DNA of 64,000 bases from Candidatus Falkowbacteria bacterium (GCA_043798985.1 JAZDOE010000008.1:2332-66331); one strand, 5' to 3'; shown: positions 24,848 through 35,533, counted from the first letter of the stretch. Translations and numbers: made by a program. Notes: generated by a model from the sequence alone, not told the origin.

Positions 24848-26119
24848 TTATAGCCCCTCGTAATCTCTCATAACCAACTGTGATTCTATTTGTTTGATCG
24901 TTTCAATAACGACGCTGACTACGATCAACAAGCTCGTACCGCCAATCACCATAGATTGCAAACCTGTCGCCTGCCTCATAACTAATGGTAGCACCGCTAT
25001 AATACTCAAAAATAATGCCCCGGCCAATGTAATTCTGCTAATTATATTCTGTAAATAACCAGACGTTTGCGTACCCGGTCTAATCCCGGGAATAAAGCCG
25101 CCGTGTTTCTGCAAATTATCAGCAATTTGCGTCGGATGAAAAATGACCGCCGTATAAAAATAAGTAAACCCGAAAACCAACACAAAATAAGCAATCCCGT
25201 AAAATATCTGATTCTGAAAAGCATCAATGATCCATTGCGCCGCATTCGCGATGAATGCGGTTTTCGCACGCAACATAAATTGTGCGATCATTGGCGGGAA
25301 TAAAATTACCGAAATAGCAAAGATAATTGGAATAACACCCGCCTGATTTATCCGTAGCGGCAAATGCGTGCTCGTACCGCCATACATGCGCGCGCCGCGG
25401 ACACGTTTAGCGTAAACAACAGGAATGTTTCTTTGCGCCTCGTTGATAATGACTACGCCGGCGATCGTAATAATCGCAATTGCTATAAATACCAATGCAT
25501 TAATCAACTGCGCCTTATTAAAATTAATTGCAATTTCCTGTATTGTGGACGGCAATTGCGCCACGATTCCAGCAAAAATCAACAACGATATTCCGTTTCC
25601 AATCTTCCTTTCGGTGATCAGTTCGCCAAGCCACATTAAAAATACGGTGCCAGCGGTAATAACAATCATTGTTCCTGCCAAATTCCAAAAAGACATGTTC
25701 TCTAAAATCGGACGAGAAGACTGGCTCAACAAATTAATCATGCCAAACGCCTGCAATAATGCTAACGGCACCGTCGCAATTCGCGTATACATGTTTATTT
25801 TTTGTCTGCCGCCTTCTTCTTTGCTCATCTCTTCCAGCTTAGGAATAATCATTGCCAACAATTGAAATATAATTGAGGCCGTGATATACGGCGCAACTCC
25901 AAGCATGACAATAGAAAAATTGCTCATTCCTCCGCCGGCAAAAATATTCATCAAGCCCAAAAGCTGATTGCCAGAAAAAAATGAGCGCAGATTTTCTACG
26001 TTAACGCCAGGCACAGGAATGTGCGCCAATAACCTGAAAATCACCAACGCGCCCAAAACAAATAATATATTTTTTCTCAAATCTTTTGCCTTCCAGATTT
26101 GCAAAAGTTTTTCAAACAT
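24848..26119 (-). CDS. secY: Preprotein translocase subunit SecY.
   Basis: 423 aa, ten TM helices, conserved SecY N-terminus. Confidence 0.9.
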   Translation of the reverse strand: MFEKLLQIWKAKDLRKNILFVLGALVIFRLLAHIPVPGVNVENLRSFFSGNQLLGLMNIFAGGGMSNFSIVMLGVAPYITASIIFQLLAMIIPKLEEMSKEEGGRQKINMYTRIATVPLALLQAFGMINLLSQSSRPILENMSFWNLAGTMIVITAGTVFLMWLGELITERKIGNGISLLIFAGIVAQLPSTIQEIAINFNKAQLINALVFIAIAIITIAGVVIINEAQRNIPVVYAKRVRGARMYGGTSTHLPLRINQAGVIPIIFAISVILFPPMIAQFMLRAKTAFIANAAQWIIDAFQNQIFYGIAYFVLVFGFTYFYTAVIFHPTQIADNLQKHGGFIPGIRPGTQTSGYLQNIISRITLAGALFLSIIAVLPLVMRQATGLQSMVIGGTSLLIVVSVVIETIKQIESQLVMRDYEGL

Positions 26120-26132
26120 ATTTTTAAAACGG

Positions 26133-26573
26133 CTACTCTATTTTTCCACCGGCTGCCTCTATTTTCTTTTTAGCTGACTCAGCAACAAAACAATTACTTA
26201 TTGTCACTTTTTTTGTTATTTGCCCAATACCCAAAATCTTTACTGGCAAATCAGTTCTCTTAATCAAATTCTTTTCCTTCAGAATTACTGGAGAAATGAT
26301 TGCATCTACGGCAAATTTCTTTTCTATATCGCACAAATTAACCGCTTGATTTTCAGGCTTTATGCTTTTTATCCCTTTAAACTTAGGCAAACGCAATAGA
26401 GTAAAACGCAATCCACGCAATTTCAAACCTCTCTTTCCACCAGATCTAGCGCGCTGTCCTTTTGAACCGCGGGTACTAAAAGTGCCATGCCCAGAAGCAT
26501 TGCCGCGGCCAACGATTTTGCGTTTCTTTATTCCACGCCCTTTATTCGTTAATGTATTTAATTGCATCGTCAT
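26133..26573 (-). CDS. rplO: 50S ribosomal protein L15.
   Basis: Gly/Arg-rich N-terminus GRGNASGHGTFSTRGSKGQRARSGG. Confidence 0.9.
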   Translation of the reverse strand: MTMQLNTLTNKGRGIKKRKIVGRGNASGHGTFSTRGSKGQRARSGGKRGLKLRGLRFTLLRLPKFKGIKSIKPENQAVNLCDIEKKFAVDAIISPVILKEKNLIKRTDLPVKILGIGQITKKVTISNCFVAESAKKKIEAAGGKIE

Positions 26574-26588
26574 AACTCAAAATTTATT

Positions 26589-27104
26589 TTATTCCTTCAC
26601 ATTCTGGCTCGCAGGAACAACTTGCTCTTTTTTCTTTTTAGCCACCATCGAGCTAGGCTTAAAACTCTTTAACGCCACCAATACCGCGCGTACATTATTA
26701 ATCTTATTTCTTGAACCAAAAATCTTACTGACAACATTCGGAACTCCCGCTAATTTCAAAACCACACGAACAGCTCCTCCTGCTTTCACGCCGGTTCCTC
26801 TTGGCGCTGGTTTCAAAAACAATCTAGCCGCTCCTTCTTTAACAATAATCGCATGTGGAATTGTTTCATTAACCAACGTCACATTAATTACGCTTTTCTC
26901 TGCTTTGCGCGACGCTTTTTCTACAGCCAATGCCACGTCTGCGCCCTTAGCCAATCCAATTCCAATTCTGCCTTTTCCATCACCAACCGCCACGCAAGCC
27001 CGAAAACGCAAACGTTTGCCACCAGCGGTGACACGCGTTACTCTCGCCAAATCTATAATTTTCTGAGCAAATTCTTTTTTTTCTTGTGGTCGTCTATATG
27101 CCAT
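26589..27104 (-). CDS. rpsE: 30S ribosomal protein S5. L15 follows it directly with no L30 gene between them.
   Basis: RFRACVAVGDGKGRIGIGLAKGADVALAVEKA. Confidence 0.9.
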   Translation of the reverse strand: MAYRRPQEKKEFAQKIIDLARVTRVTAGGKRLRFRACVAVGDGKGRIGIGLAKGADVALAVEKASRKAEKSVINVTLVNETIPHAIIVKEGAARLFLKPAPRGTGVKAGGAVRVVLKLAGVPNVVSKIFGSRNKINNVRAVLVALKSFKPSSMVAKKKKEQVVPASQNVKE

Positions 27105-27118
27105 ACGATATTTTAAAA

Positions 27119-27478
27119 TTAAAATTTCAAACCAGCCTCTCTCGCACCTTCAGCCGCAGCCTTAATTCGTCCATGATATTTAGCGCTACCACGATCAAAA
27201 ACTACAACCTTAACGCCTTTTTCTATAGATTTTTTGGCCACTAACGTTCCAACTTCCTTGGCAACCTCAACTGGCTTTTTCTTTTTCACATCAACTTCTC
27301 CATCCCACGCGGCGGCAACAGTGCTTTGTTTAGCGTCATCAATAATCTGCGCATAAATATGTTTCAACGTTCTTCGCACGCACAACCGCGGTTTGCCGCC
27401 TTGACTTACGCGCTTAAAAACACGCTCTTTGCGCAATGTCCTTTTAAATCTTTTTGCTTTTATCGTCTTTGTGTCCAT
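27119..27478 (-). CDS. rplR: 50S ribosomal protein L18.
   Basis: Sequence and position between L6 and S5. Confidence 0.85.
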   Translation of the reverse strand: MDTKTIKAKRFKRTLRKERVFKRVSQGGKPRLCVRRTLKHIYAQIIDDAKQSTVAAAWDGEVDVKKKKPVEVAKEVGTLVAKKSIEKGVKVVVFDRGSAKYHGRIKAAAEGAREAGLKF

Positions 27479-27489
27479 ATACCTAAAAT

Positions 27490-28044
27490 TTAACTAGAAG
27501 CTTTACCAGCGCTCTTGCCTTCTTTCAATTTTATTTCTTCACCAAAATAGCGAATTCCTTTGCCTTTGTATGGCTCGGGCTTCCTTATTTTACGGATAAC
27601 GGCCGCTGTCTCACCAACCAACTGCTTATCAATTCCTTGCAATGTGATTACATTTTTTGTCACGCTTGCAGTTATCCCTATTGGTACAAAAAACTCAACT
27701 GGATGAGAAAATCCAACATGTAAGACAAGCGTTGTTCCTTTCATTTCTGCCTTAAAACCAATGCCGCGCATTTCTAATTTTTTCTCAAACCCTATTGACA
27801 CACCAACAACCATGTTCTGTATCAAGCTTCTATACAACCCCCAAAAAGCATTAACTCGCTTATCTTCTTTTTCGGTCTTCGTTGGAATAACAAGAAGCTG
27901 ATTATCTTTTTGCTCAACCTTAACGAGCGAATGTATCACTTGTTTAAGCGTTCCTTTCGCGCCAGACACAATCAAAACAGAGTCTTCCACCTTAATAGTG
28001 ACGCCAGCTGGGATTTCAATTGGTTTCTTTCCTATGCGTGACAT
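27490..28044 (-). CDS. rplF: 50S ribosomal protein L6.
   Basis: MSRIGKKPIEIPAGVTIKVED... Confidence 0.9.
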   Translation of the reverse strand: MSRIGKKPIEIPAGVTIKVEDSVLIVSGAKGTLKQVIHSLVKVEQKDNQLLVIPTKTEKEDKRVNAFWGLYRSLIQNMVVGVSIGFEKKLEMRGIGFKAEMKGTTLVLHVGFSHPVEFFVPIGITASVTKNVITLQGIDKQLVGETAAVIRKIRKPEPYKGKGIRYFGEEIKLKEGKSAGKASS

Positions 28045-28049
28045 ATAAT

Positions 28050-28436
28050 TTAATAAATTTCGCAGACAAACTCTCCTCCGACATTCAATCGTTTTGCCTC
28101 TTTGCTGGTCATCACGCCCCTTGACGTAGAAACAATAGCAACGCCATGCCCACCTAAAACACGCGGAACATTCCCTGCTCCTACATACAATCTACGCCCC
28201 GGCGTACTAATTCGTTTAATACTCATAATGGCCGGCTGTCTATGTTTATCATACAACAATTTAACGCTAAAGTTACGCCCATCTTCTTCCGAAATATTGC
28301 CGAGATATCCTTCTTTTTCCAGAATCTTTGCTATCACAAGTTTCATCTTTGAAAAAGGAATTAAAACATCTGGCTTTCGTACGGCCGAAGCATTTCGAAT
28401 TCTTGTAAGCATGTCAGCGATTGGATCAATAATCAT
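28050..28436 (-). CDS. rpsH: 30S ribosomal protein S8.
   Basis: MIIDPIADMLTRIRNA... Confidence 0.9.
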   Translation of the reverse strand: MIIDPIADMLTRIRNASAVRKPDVLIPFSKMKLVIAKILEKEGYLGNISEEDGRNFSVKLLYDKHRQPAIMSIKRISTPGRRLYVGAGNVPRVLGGHGVAIVSTSRGVMTSKEAKRLNVGGEFVCEIY

Positions 28437-28466
28437 ATTTTACAAAAAATTTTATTTATCAAATAT

Positions 28467-28661
28467 CTACCAGCTACTTCTTCGAACTCCGGGAATATCG
28501 CCCTTTTCCGCCAATTCACGAAAACAAATTCTGCACAAACCAAAATCACGCATATAACCATGTCTGCGCCCACATTTCCAACAACGGTTCAATCTGCGCG
28601 TTGAAAATTTCGGAGCTATATTGGCTTGTTTTGTTTTTTCAATTTGTCCTTGTGTTGCCAT
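28467..28661 (-). CDS. rpsN: 30S ribosomal protein S14, zinc-binding type Z.
   Basis: 61-64 aa with [23 protein letters not shown]. Confidence 0.9.
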   Translation of the reverse strand: MATQGQIEKTKQANIAPKFSTRRLNRCWKCGRRHGYMRDFGLCRICFRELAEKGDIPGVRRSSW

Positions 28662-28666
28662 ATATT

Positions 28667-29227
28667 CTATTTCTTTTCTTTTTTATCGTCTTCTTTAAAC
28701 GGAAAACCCAAAAGTTTTAACAACGTAAATCCTTTTTCCCTGTCTTTAGCCGTTGTCTGAATTGTTATCTGCAATCCATGAACGCGCTCAACCTCATCTG
28801 GCCTGATCTCTGGAAACGGTAAATATTCCTTAAAACCAATAGAACAACTGCCAGCTTTATCAAGACATTTTGATGTAATGCCACGAAAATCTTTTACTCG
28901 CGGCAATGTCACATCAATAAGTTTATTCAAAAAATCCCACATTCGTTGTTTGCGCAACGTCACCTTCGCGCCGATCACCATCCCTTTTCTTATCTTAAAA
29001 TTAGAAATAGACAACCGCGATTTTGTGAACACTGGTTTCTGTCCTGTGATACGCGACAAAACTTTTTCAACAATTTCTTTAAGGTCAGCTTCTTTAGAGC
29101 TGGCATTCATGCCAACATTAACAGAAATCTTCTCTATTGTAGGAACTGACAAATTATTTTTGTAACCAAAAAGCTTCTTCATTTCAGCAACAACCTTTTT
29201 ATTGTATTTTTCTTTCAATGCGTTCAT
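28667..29227 (-). CDS. rplE: 50S ribosomal protein L5.
   Basis: Position and sequence. Confidence 0.9.
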   Translation of the reverse strand: MNALKEKYNKKVVAEMKKLFGYKNNLSVPTIEKISVNVGMNASSKEADLKEIVEKVLSRITGQKPVFTKSRLSISNFKIRKGMVIGAKVTLRKQRMWDFLNKLIDVTLPRVKDFRGITSKCLDKAGSCSIGFKEYLPFPEIRPDEVERVHGLQITIQTTAKDREKGFTLLKLLGFPFKEDDKKEKK

Positions 29228-29235
29228 ATTATTTT

Positions 29236-29571
29236 TTATTCAAGCGCCTCTTTACATTTTTTACAAATTCTAATTTTTGTCTCGCCTTGCGCGCCTTTTT
29301 CAATGGTCTGAAAGCCCACTCTGGTCACTTGATGACAATGCGAACAAACCAATCCGACTTTTGCCACTGTGACTGGCGCTGGCACACGAATCTGCTGCCC
29401 TTTTTCACCAGCTTTCTTTGGTCTCACATTCTTTGTCCTCAAATTCAACCCTTCAACAACCACCCGTCCATCAACAGGAAAAACTCTTAGCACTTTTCCA
29501 TCCTTTCCTTTATCTTTTCCCGCGAGCATTTTTACCTTATCGCCCTTTTTAATTTTTTTATAAATTGCCAT
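29236..29571 (-). CDS. rplX: 50S ribosomal protein L24 with a C-terminal CxxC...CxxC extension.
   Basis: KOW motif KKGDKVKMLAGKDKGKDGKV. The tail VCSHCHQ...RICKKCKE suggests a zinc ribbon. Confidence 0.85.
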   Translation of the reverse strand: MAIYKKIKKGDKVKMLAGKDKGKDGKVLRVFPVDGRVVVEGLNLRTKNVRPKKAGEKGQQIRVPAPVTVAKVGLVCSHCHQVTRVGFQTIEKGAQGETKIRICKKCKEALE

Positions 29572-29578
29572 ATACTTT

Positions 29579-29950
29579 TTACAAAACTTCTGGCGCTAAA
29601 GATATAATTTTGGTAAATCCCTTTGCGCGCAATTCTCTTGCCACTGGGCCCAATACACGCGTACCCTTTGGCTCTTTATTTTTCTTATCAATAATAATGG
29701 CAGCATTATCATCAAACCTAATATATGTTCCATCTGAACGGCGTATTTCTTTTCTTGTTCTAACAACTACCGCTGGCAAAATGTCGCTCTTCTTTACCAT
29801 GGAATGTGGCCGCGCCTCCTTCACAACAACCATAATAATATCGCCAATAGTAGCGTATCCCTTTCTATAGCCGCCATAAACCCTAATGCATTCCAGTCGT
29901 TTTGCGCCTGTATTGTCAGCTGATTTCAATATTGTTCTATGCTGGACCAT
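29579..29950 (-). CDS. rplN: 50S ribosomal protein L14.
   Basis: [17 protein letters not shown]... Confidence 0.9.
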   Translation of the reverse strand: MVQHRTILKSADNTGAKRLECIRVYGGYRKGYATIGDIIMVVVKEARPHSMVKKSDILPAVVVRTRKEIRRSDGTYIRFDDNAAIIIDKKNKEPKGTRVLGPVARELRAKGFTKIISLAPEVL

Positions 29951-29981
29951 ATGTGTGAAATATCAAATATCAAATTTCCAA

Positions 29982-30239
29982 TTATTGATTAATCTTTTTA
30001 ATTATCCGCCATCTTTTTGTCTTGCTCAATGGCCGACATTCAACAAACTCAACCAAATCGCCTTCTCTATATTTATTAGCCTGATTATCAACTGCGAATC
30101 TATTGGAAACACGAATCCTCTTTTTATATAATGGATGAATGATCGTCGTTTCAACCTTAACAATGGCGGTGTTTTGCATTTTCGTGCTCACCACTCTACC
30201 TTGAAACTTGCGCAATATTTTGCTTTTTTTATCTTCCAT
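29982..30239 (-). CDS. rpsQ: 30S ribosomal protein S17.
   Basis: RKFQGRVVSTKMQNTAIVKVE... Confidence 0.85.
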   Translation of the reverse strand: MEDKKSKILRKFQGRVVSTKMQNTAIVKVETTIIHPLYKKRIRVSNRFAVDNQANKYREGDLVEFVECRPLSKTKRWRIIKKINQ

Positions 30240-30250
30240 ATTATAATAAT

Positions 30251-30451
30251 TTAACTTTTCACCACGCCCTCTTTTTCCTGCAATATCGTCTGAATTTTAG
30301 CAATGTTCTTTTTCAAATCACGAACCTCGCGAATATTTTTTAATTGCTTATTAGCAACTTTAAAGTTCAAATCCAAACGTTTATCGCTATATTCCAAAAG
30401 TAGCTTTTTCAATTCTTCAACAGATTTATCTCTAATTTCTCTGATATTCAT
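30251..30451 (-). CDS. rpmC: 50S ribosomal protein L29.
   Basis: 66 aa, MNIREIRDKSVEELKKLLLE. Confidence 0.8.
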   Translation of the reverse strand: MNIREIRDKSVEELKKLLLEYSDKRLDLNFKVANKQLKNIREVRDLKKNIAKIQTILQEKEGVVKS

Positions 30452-30454
30452 ATC

Positions 30455-30871
30455 TTATTGCTTAGTTACAAATTTCGTCTTTACCGGTAACTTATGCGCG
30501 GCCAATCTAAATGCTTCACGCGCTGTTTCTTCGCTAACTCCAGCCATTTCAAAAACCATCATTCCAGGATCAACCACGGCCACATGCTTTTCAGGACCAC
30601 CTTTTCCACCACCCATAGTCGTCTGACTTCCTTTTGACGTCACCGGCTTATGCGGAAATATGCGAATCCAGACCTTTCCGCCACGTTTAACATATCTTGT
30701 AATAGCGCGGCGCGCCGCTTCAATCTGCCTAGAGTCAACCCACGCGCCAGTCATTGCCTTTAAACCGAAATCGCCAAAATCAATATTTGTTCTGTTTGTT
30801 GCCAAATTCTCACGGTTTCTTCCGCGTCCTTTGTGCCACTTTCTATGCTGTTCTTTTTTCGGCATCAACAT
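30455..30871 (-). CDS. rplP: 50S ribosomal protein L16.
   Basis: [19 protein letters not shown]... Confidence 0.9.
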   Translation of the reverse strand: MLMPKKEQHRKWHKGRGRNRENLATNRTNIDFGDFGLKAMTGAWVDSRQIEAARRAITRYVKRGGKVWIRIFPHKPVTSKGSQTTMGGGKGGPEKHVAVVDPGMMVFEMAGVSEETAREAFRLAAHKLPVKTKFVTKQ

Positions 30872-30887
30872 AACCTTAAAAACAAAT

Positions 30888-31562
30888 TTATTTGCTATCC
30901 TTTAATTCTTTATTTTTTATATCCTTAAAAACCTCACCCGTATAAAGCCAAACCTTCACGCCAATCGTTCCGTAAAGTGTGTATGCTATTTCATAAGCAT
31001 ATTCAATGTTCGCGCGGATGGTTGACAATGGCAAATTACCAAAAACAAATTTTTCCGTTCTGGCAATTTCAACACCATTCAACCGACCAGACAATCTGAT
31101 CTTCATGCCTTTTGCGCCAGCCTTGTTTGCTTTTGCCATTACCTGTTTTGCCGCTTTACGAAAAGGCACGCGTTTTTCAATCGCAAAGACAACATCCAAC
31201 GCCAACAATCTCGCGCTTAAACTTGGGTTTGCAACTTCCTTGATATCTATCTGAACCTCCGTATTCTTGCCTTGCAAAAATTTGCTCTTGATTTCCTTTT
31301 TCAAATCTTCTACGCCAGTACCTCCGCGACCGATAATAACACCGGGACGCGCCGAATGCAACGTAATGTTAAGCGCCTTTGATCGTCTATCAAAAACAAT
31401 CGCGCTAACAAAAGATTCTCTTAGCCGCTTTAACAAAAACTCCTTAACGCGCACGTCGTCACGCAAAAGAGAAGGCACCTGTTTTCTGTCAGCGTACCAT
31501 CTTGACCCCCACTCTTTGTTGGTCAACATTCTGAAAATTATTGGATGTATTTTCTTTCCCAT
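30888..31562 (-). CDS. rpsC: 30S ribosomal protein S3.
   Basis: [12 protein letters not shown]... with KH domain. Confidence 0.9.
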   Translation of the reverse strand: MGKKIHPIIFRMLTNKEWGSRWYADRKQVPSLLRDDVRVKEFLLKRLRESFVSAIVFDRRSKALNITLHSARPGVIIGRGGTGVEDLKKEIKSKFLQGKNTEVQIDIKEVANPSLSARLLALDVVFAIEKRVPFRKAAKQVMAKANKAGAKGMKIRLSGRLNGVEIARTEKFVFGNLPLSTIRANIEYAYEIAYTLYGTIGVKVWLYTGEVFKDIKNKELKDSK

Positions 31563-31565
31563 ATT

Positions 31566-32162
31566 TTACATTCCTGATTTGCGATTAAAAAGTTTTTGCA
31601 AAAATTTTTTATCTGCTCTTTTTGAGACATCCTGATGCTGTTTATTTCTATGCTTTCCTTTCATTCTTATATCCATAATTTCTGGCTTTACGCCATCCGC
31701 TTTACCAACCTTGAATCTTGCTTCAGTATCTGAACTTCCGTCTTTTCTGTTATCCGCGACTTTTTCGACTGTCGCGCCCATAGCAACCTTTTTAGTCGCT
31801 TTTGTTTTTACAACTTTTTTCTGAGACTCAACAATTTCTTCCAAAACTAAATTTATATGTGAAGTTCTCTTTCTAATAACCGTCGCGCGGCCATGCGCTT
31901 TAGGCATGTATCTCTTGAATTTAGGACCTTCATCAACTGTAATTGATTTTATTCTTAAATTGCTTTTTTCAATGTTCAAATTGTGGTGCGCGTTAGCAAT
32001 CGCAGAAAGCAAAACTTTCTTTACTGGAATAGCTGCCAACTTATTCAAAAACTCCAAACACGACAAAGCATTGTCCACGTTTTTGCCGCGTATGACATTA
32101 ACAACCAATCGCACTTTTCTTGGCGACATCCTTAAAAATCTTGCTTTTGCCGTTATTTCCAT
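31566..32162 (-). CDS. rplV: 50S ribosomal protein L22 with a C-terminal basic extension of about 88 aa.
   Basis: The L22 core ends at about aa 110 and is followed by a Lys-rich tail. Confidence 0.85.
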   Translation of the reverse strand: MEITAKARFLRMSPRKVRLVVNVIRGKNVDNALSCLEFLNKLAAIPVKKVLLSAIANAHHNLNIEKSNLRIKSITVDEGPKFKRYMPKAHGRATVIRKRTSHINLVLEEIVESQKKVVKTKATKKVAMGATVEKVADNRKDGSSDTEARFKVGKADGVKPEIMDIRMKGKHRNKQHQDVSKRADKKFLQKLFNRKSGM

Positions 32163-32163
32163 A

Positions 32164-32463
32164 TTATTTTGCTTTTACTTGCGCTGACTTGGCCTGCTCT
32201 TTTGCCATCTTACCACCATGGACAACAAATTTACGCGTTGGAGCAAACTCGCCTAAACGATGCCCAACCATATCTTCAACAACCGTGACGTCAATAAATG
32301 TTTTACCATTATGGACAGCAAATTTAAAGCCGACCATCTCTGGCGTAATTACTGAATCTCTTGCCCAAGTTTTAATTGCGGTTGCATCGCCAATGCGCAG
32401 CTTGGAAACTTTTTCCATCAACCGCGCGTTAACAAATGCCCCCTTTTTTAAACTTCTTGCCAT
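32164..32463 (-). CDS. rpsS: 30S ribosomal protein S19.
   Basis: [11 protein letters not shown]... Confidence 0.9.
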   Translation of the reverse strand: MARSLKKGAFVNARLMEKVSKLRIGDATAIKTWARDSVITPEMVGFKFAVHNGKTFIDVTVVEDMVGHRLGEFAPTRKFVVHGGKMAKEQAKSAQVKAK

Positions 32464-32466
32464 ATT

Positions 32467-33303
32467 TTATTTCTGGTTTCTCCTCTTTAAAATTAAACGA
32501 CTGGATGCTTTTTTCGGATTTCTCGTCTTTCCGCCAATAGCTATCCTGCCCCACGGAGTTTTTGGATGTTTCAATCCAATCGGTTGCGCGCCTTCACCAC
32601 CACCATGCGGATGATCAACCGGATTCATTGCCTTTCCGCGAACGGTCGGCCTGATTCCCATGTGTCGCGTTCTGCCCGCCTTGCCAATCTTAATATGCAT
32701 AAACTCTGGGTTATTCACTTCTCCAACCGTTGCCAAAGCTTCTTTTGGAATCATGCGAAATTCTCCAGATGGCATTTTTAATTGAGCATACTTACCTTCA
32801 ACAGCCATTAATTTTACCTTTGTGCCGGCTGACCGCGCAATTTTGCCACCTTGCCCTGGCGTCAATTCAACATTATAAACCAATGAACCAACAGGAATAT
32901 TTTCCAACGTTGTCGCATTGCCAGGCTTGTACTCAACCTGCCCCTTTGATGAAACCAACATTTCTCCAACGCCAACGCCAACCGGTAAAATTGTATATCG
33001 TTTTTCACCATCTTTATAAAACAATAAACCAATTCTCGCGTTTCTACCAGGATCATATTCTATTGTCGCGACTCTTGCGGGAATATCAAACTTATCACGC
33101 TTAAAATCAATTATTCTACAATATCTTTTATGCTCGCCGCCGCGATGTCTGACGGTAATTCTACCAGTAGCATTACGGCCGGATGTCTTTTTCTTTATAA
33201 AAATCAAAGACTTTTCCGGCGTTTTTGTCGTAAGATCGCGAAAATCGCTTACGCTCATTTGGCGTCTCGCATTGCTTGTTGGTTTGTAAACCTTAATAGC
33301 CAT
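32467..33303 (-). CDS. rplB: 50S ribosomal protein L2.
   Basis: MAIKVYKPTSNARR... GGEGAQPIG. Confidence 0.9.
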   Translation of the reverse strand: MAIKVYKPTSNARRQMSVSDFRDLTTKTPEKSLIFIKKKTSGRNATGRITVRHRGGEHKRYCRIIDFKRDKFDIPARVATIEYDPGRNARIGLLFYKDGEKRYTILPVGVGVGEMLVSSKGQVEYKPGNATTLENIPVGSLVYNVELTPGQGGKIARSAGTKVKLMAVEGKYAQLKMPSGEFRMIPKEALATVGEVNNPEFMHIKIGKAGRTRHMGIRPTVRGKAMNPVDHPHGGGEGAQPIGLKHPKTPWGRIAIGGKTRNPKKASSRLILKRRNQK

Positions 33304-33309
33304 ATTTCT

Positions 33310-33732
33310 TTAAACTCCTTCGTAAATTTCAATTTTATCGCCGGCATTCAACGTCACAATTGCTTTTTTCTTATCTTTCGTTGCGCCAAACTTTCTGCCA
33401 TGTCGCACCTTTTTTCCAAGCGTTCGCACAATATTAACCTTTGCCGGAGAAACGCCATAAATTTTTTCAACCATTTCAGCAATCTGCGACCGAGTCGCGT
33501 CGCGACTTACCAAAAATTCATATTTACTCAATTCCACAGCTTCCGTCGCCTTTTCTGTAATAAGAGGCTTCAATAAAACTTTAAAAGCATTCAAATCTTT
33601 CTTTTTATCAAGCTTTTTTTTGGCAATCTTTTTTTCAACCTTTTCAACTACTACTTTTGTTTCAATATTAACATCCGCCTTCTTTTCATCAGCCTTTTTC
33701 TTAGAAAAAATTTTTTTAAATAAAGCTGCCAT
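33310..33732 (-). CDS. rplW: 50S ribosomal protein L23 with a Lys-rich N-terminal extension.
   Basis: The L23 core (LLKPLITEKATEAVELSKYEFLV) is preceded by about 45 basic residues. Confidence 0.8.
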   Translation of the reverse strand: MAALFKKIFSKKKADEKKADVNIETKVVVEKVEKKIAKKKLDKKKDLNAFKVLLKPLITEKATEAVELSKYEFLVSRDATRSQIAEMVEKIYGVSPAKVNIVRTLGKKVRHGRKFGATKDKKKAIVTLNAGDKIEIYEGV

Positions 33733-33735
33733 ATT

Positions 33736-34377
33736 TTATTTACTGACCTTTTTCTTAAAAATCTTTTCAATAATCTCAACCGCAGGTTCTGTCATTAACA
33801 AATTTTTATATTTCAAAATTACCTGCGCATTCAAACTGTCCGCACAAATCGCTTCAACCTTTGGCAAATTATTCAAAGATTTAACTATTGCCGCATTGAA
33901 TTTATCAAAAACCACCAAGATGCTGGATTTTAATTTAAGACTATTCAAAATATTTTTAAATTCCTTTGTTTTTGCGTCTTTCATCTCAAACGTATCAACA
34001 ACTGTAATAAGCTCATTTCTAAAACGATCGCTCAATGCCATCAACATTGCCTTTTGGCGCATCTTTTTATTTATCTTTTGTTTAAAATTGCGTATGTTTC
34101 TTGGGCCAAAAGTTATTCCACCACCAATCCAAATCGGAGAACGGCTTGAGCCATGTCTCGCGCGGCCAGTTCCTTTTTGTCTCCATGGTTTTTTACCGCC
34201 ACCGCGCACTTCGTCTTTTGTTTTGGTATGCGCCAAAATCTCGCGCTGATTTGCCGCCATTGCAACGACAACTTGGTGTATAACCTTTGAATTTAGCTTA
34301 ACATTAAAAATAGCAGGAGAAACTTTTATTTCCTTCTTTTGCTCACCCTTTTGATTCAATACTACCATCTTTGGCAT
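33736..34377 (-). CDS. rplD: 50S ribosomal protein L4.
   Basis: Position and sequence. Confidence 0.9.
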   Translation of the reverse strand: MPKMVVLNQKGEQKKEIKVSPAIFNVKLNSKVIHQVVVAMAANQREILAHTKTKDEVRGGGKKPWRQKGTGRARHGSSRSPIWIGGGITFGPRNIRNFKQKINKKMRQKAMLMALSDRFRNELITVVDTFEMKDAKTKEFKNILNSLKLKSSILVVFDKFNAAIVKSLNNLPKVEAICADSLNAQVILKYKNLLMTEPAVEIIEKIFKKKVSK

Positions 34378-34383
34378 AATATC

Positions 34384-35034
34384 CTACTTTTTTATTTCAA
34401 ACTCGCCATTTCCGCGTAATGTCAACATGCCATGTCTAGCGCCCGGAACACCGCCCTTCACATATAAGATATTCTGTTCTGGAAAAACATCAATAATCTC
34501 TAAACCTTTAATAGTCACTTTCGCGTCACCCATATGTCCAGGCATGCGCATACCTTTAAAAACATGGTTTGGATGTGTCGCGCCGATAGACCCGGGCATC
34601 CTTACTTGGTCTTTGGTCCCGTGCGTTTTCGACGCGCCTGCAAATCCATGACGTTTAACCACGCCCTGAAATCCACGTCCCTTGGATGTCCCAGAAACAG
34701 CAACAGCGTCACCTTTTACAAACACATTAGCATCCAATTTTTGACCGACCTCTAATCTAGAAAACATTGGATCGCTTTGTTCCATTCTAAACTCTTGAAT
34801 GTGTCTAAAATATTTTGGTCCGCCAAAAATCTTTTCAAAAAATTTAGAAATCGGACGATTTGCTTTTTTAATTTCATCACAAGCAACCTGAATCGCGTTA
34901 TATCCATCCTTTTCCTTCGTCTTTTTACCAATAACAAAACAAGGCAACACCTCTATTTTTGTGACAGATATTACATCGCGTTTTTCATCCAAAACTTGCG
35001 TCATTTCAATTTTGCGTCCTATAATGAATTTCAT
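34384..35034 (-). CDS. rplC: 50S ribosomal protein L3.
   Basis: MKFIIGRKIEMTQV... Confidence 0.9.
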   Translation of the reverse strand: MKFIIGRKIEMTQVLDEKRDVISVTKIEVLPCFVIGKKTKEKDGYNAIQVACDEIKKANRPISKFFEKIFGGPKYFRHIQEFRMEQSDPMFSRLEVGQKLDANVFVKGDAVAVSGTSKGRGFQGVVKRHGFAGASKTHGTKDQVRMPGSIGATHPNHVFKGMRMPGHMGDAKVTIKGLEIIDVFPEQNILYVKGGVPGARHGMLTLRGNGEFEIKK

Positions 35035-35047
35035 AATCTACGGAAAC

Positions 35048-35072
35048 GAGAAAAACCGGACTAAATGTCCGG
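35048..35072 (-). terminator. Intrinsic-terminator-like hairpin between rpsJ and rplC: CCGGACATTTAGTCCGG followed by TTTTTCTC on the transcribed strand. It could be an attenuator.
   Basis: It lies in an unusually long, 160-nt rpsJ-rplC spacer. A second GC hairpin, GCCCCAAAGGGGC, sits upstream at about 35111..35125. Confidence 0.45.
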
Positions 35073-35194
35073 ATTTTCCGATTTAGTCACCTTTTACCTT
35101 AATGGTCTGCGCCCCTTTGGGGCTTAGATAGAAAACTTCCACGTCAATGGGTTTTTCCATCCTGACTTATATCAATTTTCATGCTTACGCTATT

Positions 35195-35533
35195 TTATAT
35201 CATCTTAATCTCTATGTCAACACCTGACGGCAAATTCAAATTGCTCAAAGTATCAACTATTTTAGGGTTCGGATTAAGAATATCAATCAAGCGCTTATGC
35301 GTACGAATTTCATATTGATCACGTGCGTCCTTATGGACAAAAGTCGATCTATTAACAGTATACTTTCTGATATCGCGCGGCAAAGGAATTGGACCGCAAA
35401 ATTCTGCGCCAATTCGTTCGGCCGCTTCTTTAATCGTTTTTGTGCATTGATCAATCACTTTGTGATCATAAGCGCGAATCTTAATCCGTAGCTTTGGAGA
35501 TTCTGCTGCCTCTGCCTGTTTTTTTGTCGTCAT
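35195..35533 (-). CDS. rpsJ: 30S ribosomal protein S10.
   Basis: [16 protein letters not shown]... Confidence 0.9.
   Translation of the reverse strand: MTTKKQAEAAESPKLRIKIRAYDHKVIDQCTKTIKEAAERIGAEFCGPIPLPRDIRKYTVNRSTFVHKDARDQYEIRTHKRLIDILNPNPKIVDTLSNLNLPSGVDIEIKMI

Noticed and set aside
35035-35194. A possible tRNA or small ncRNA gene in the rpsJ-rplC spacer.
   Set aside because: No cloverleaf could be built. The hairpin-plus-T-run structure is better explained as a terminator or attenuator.
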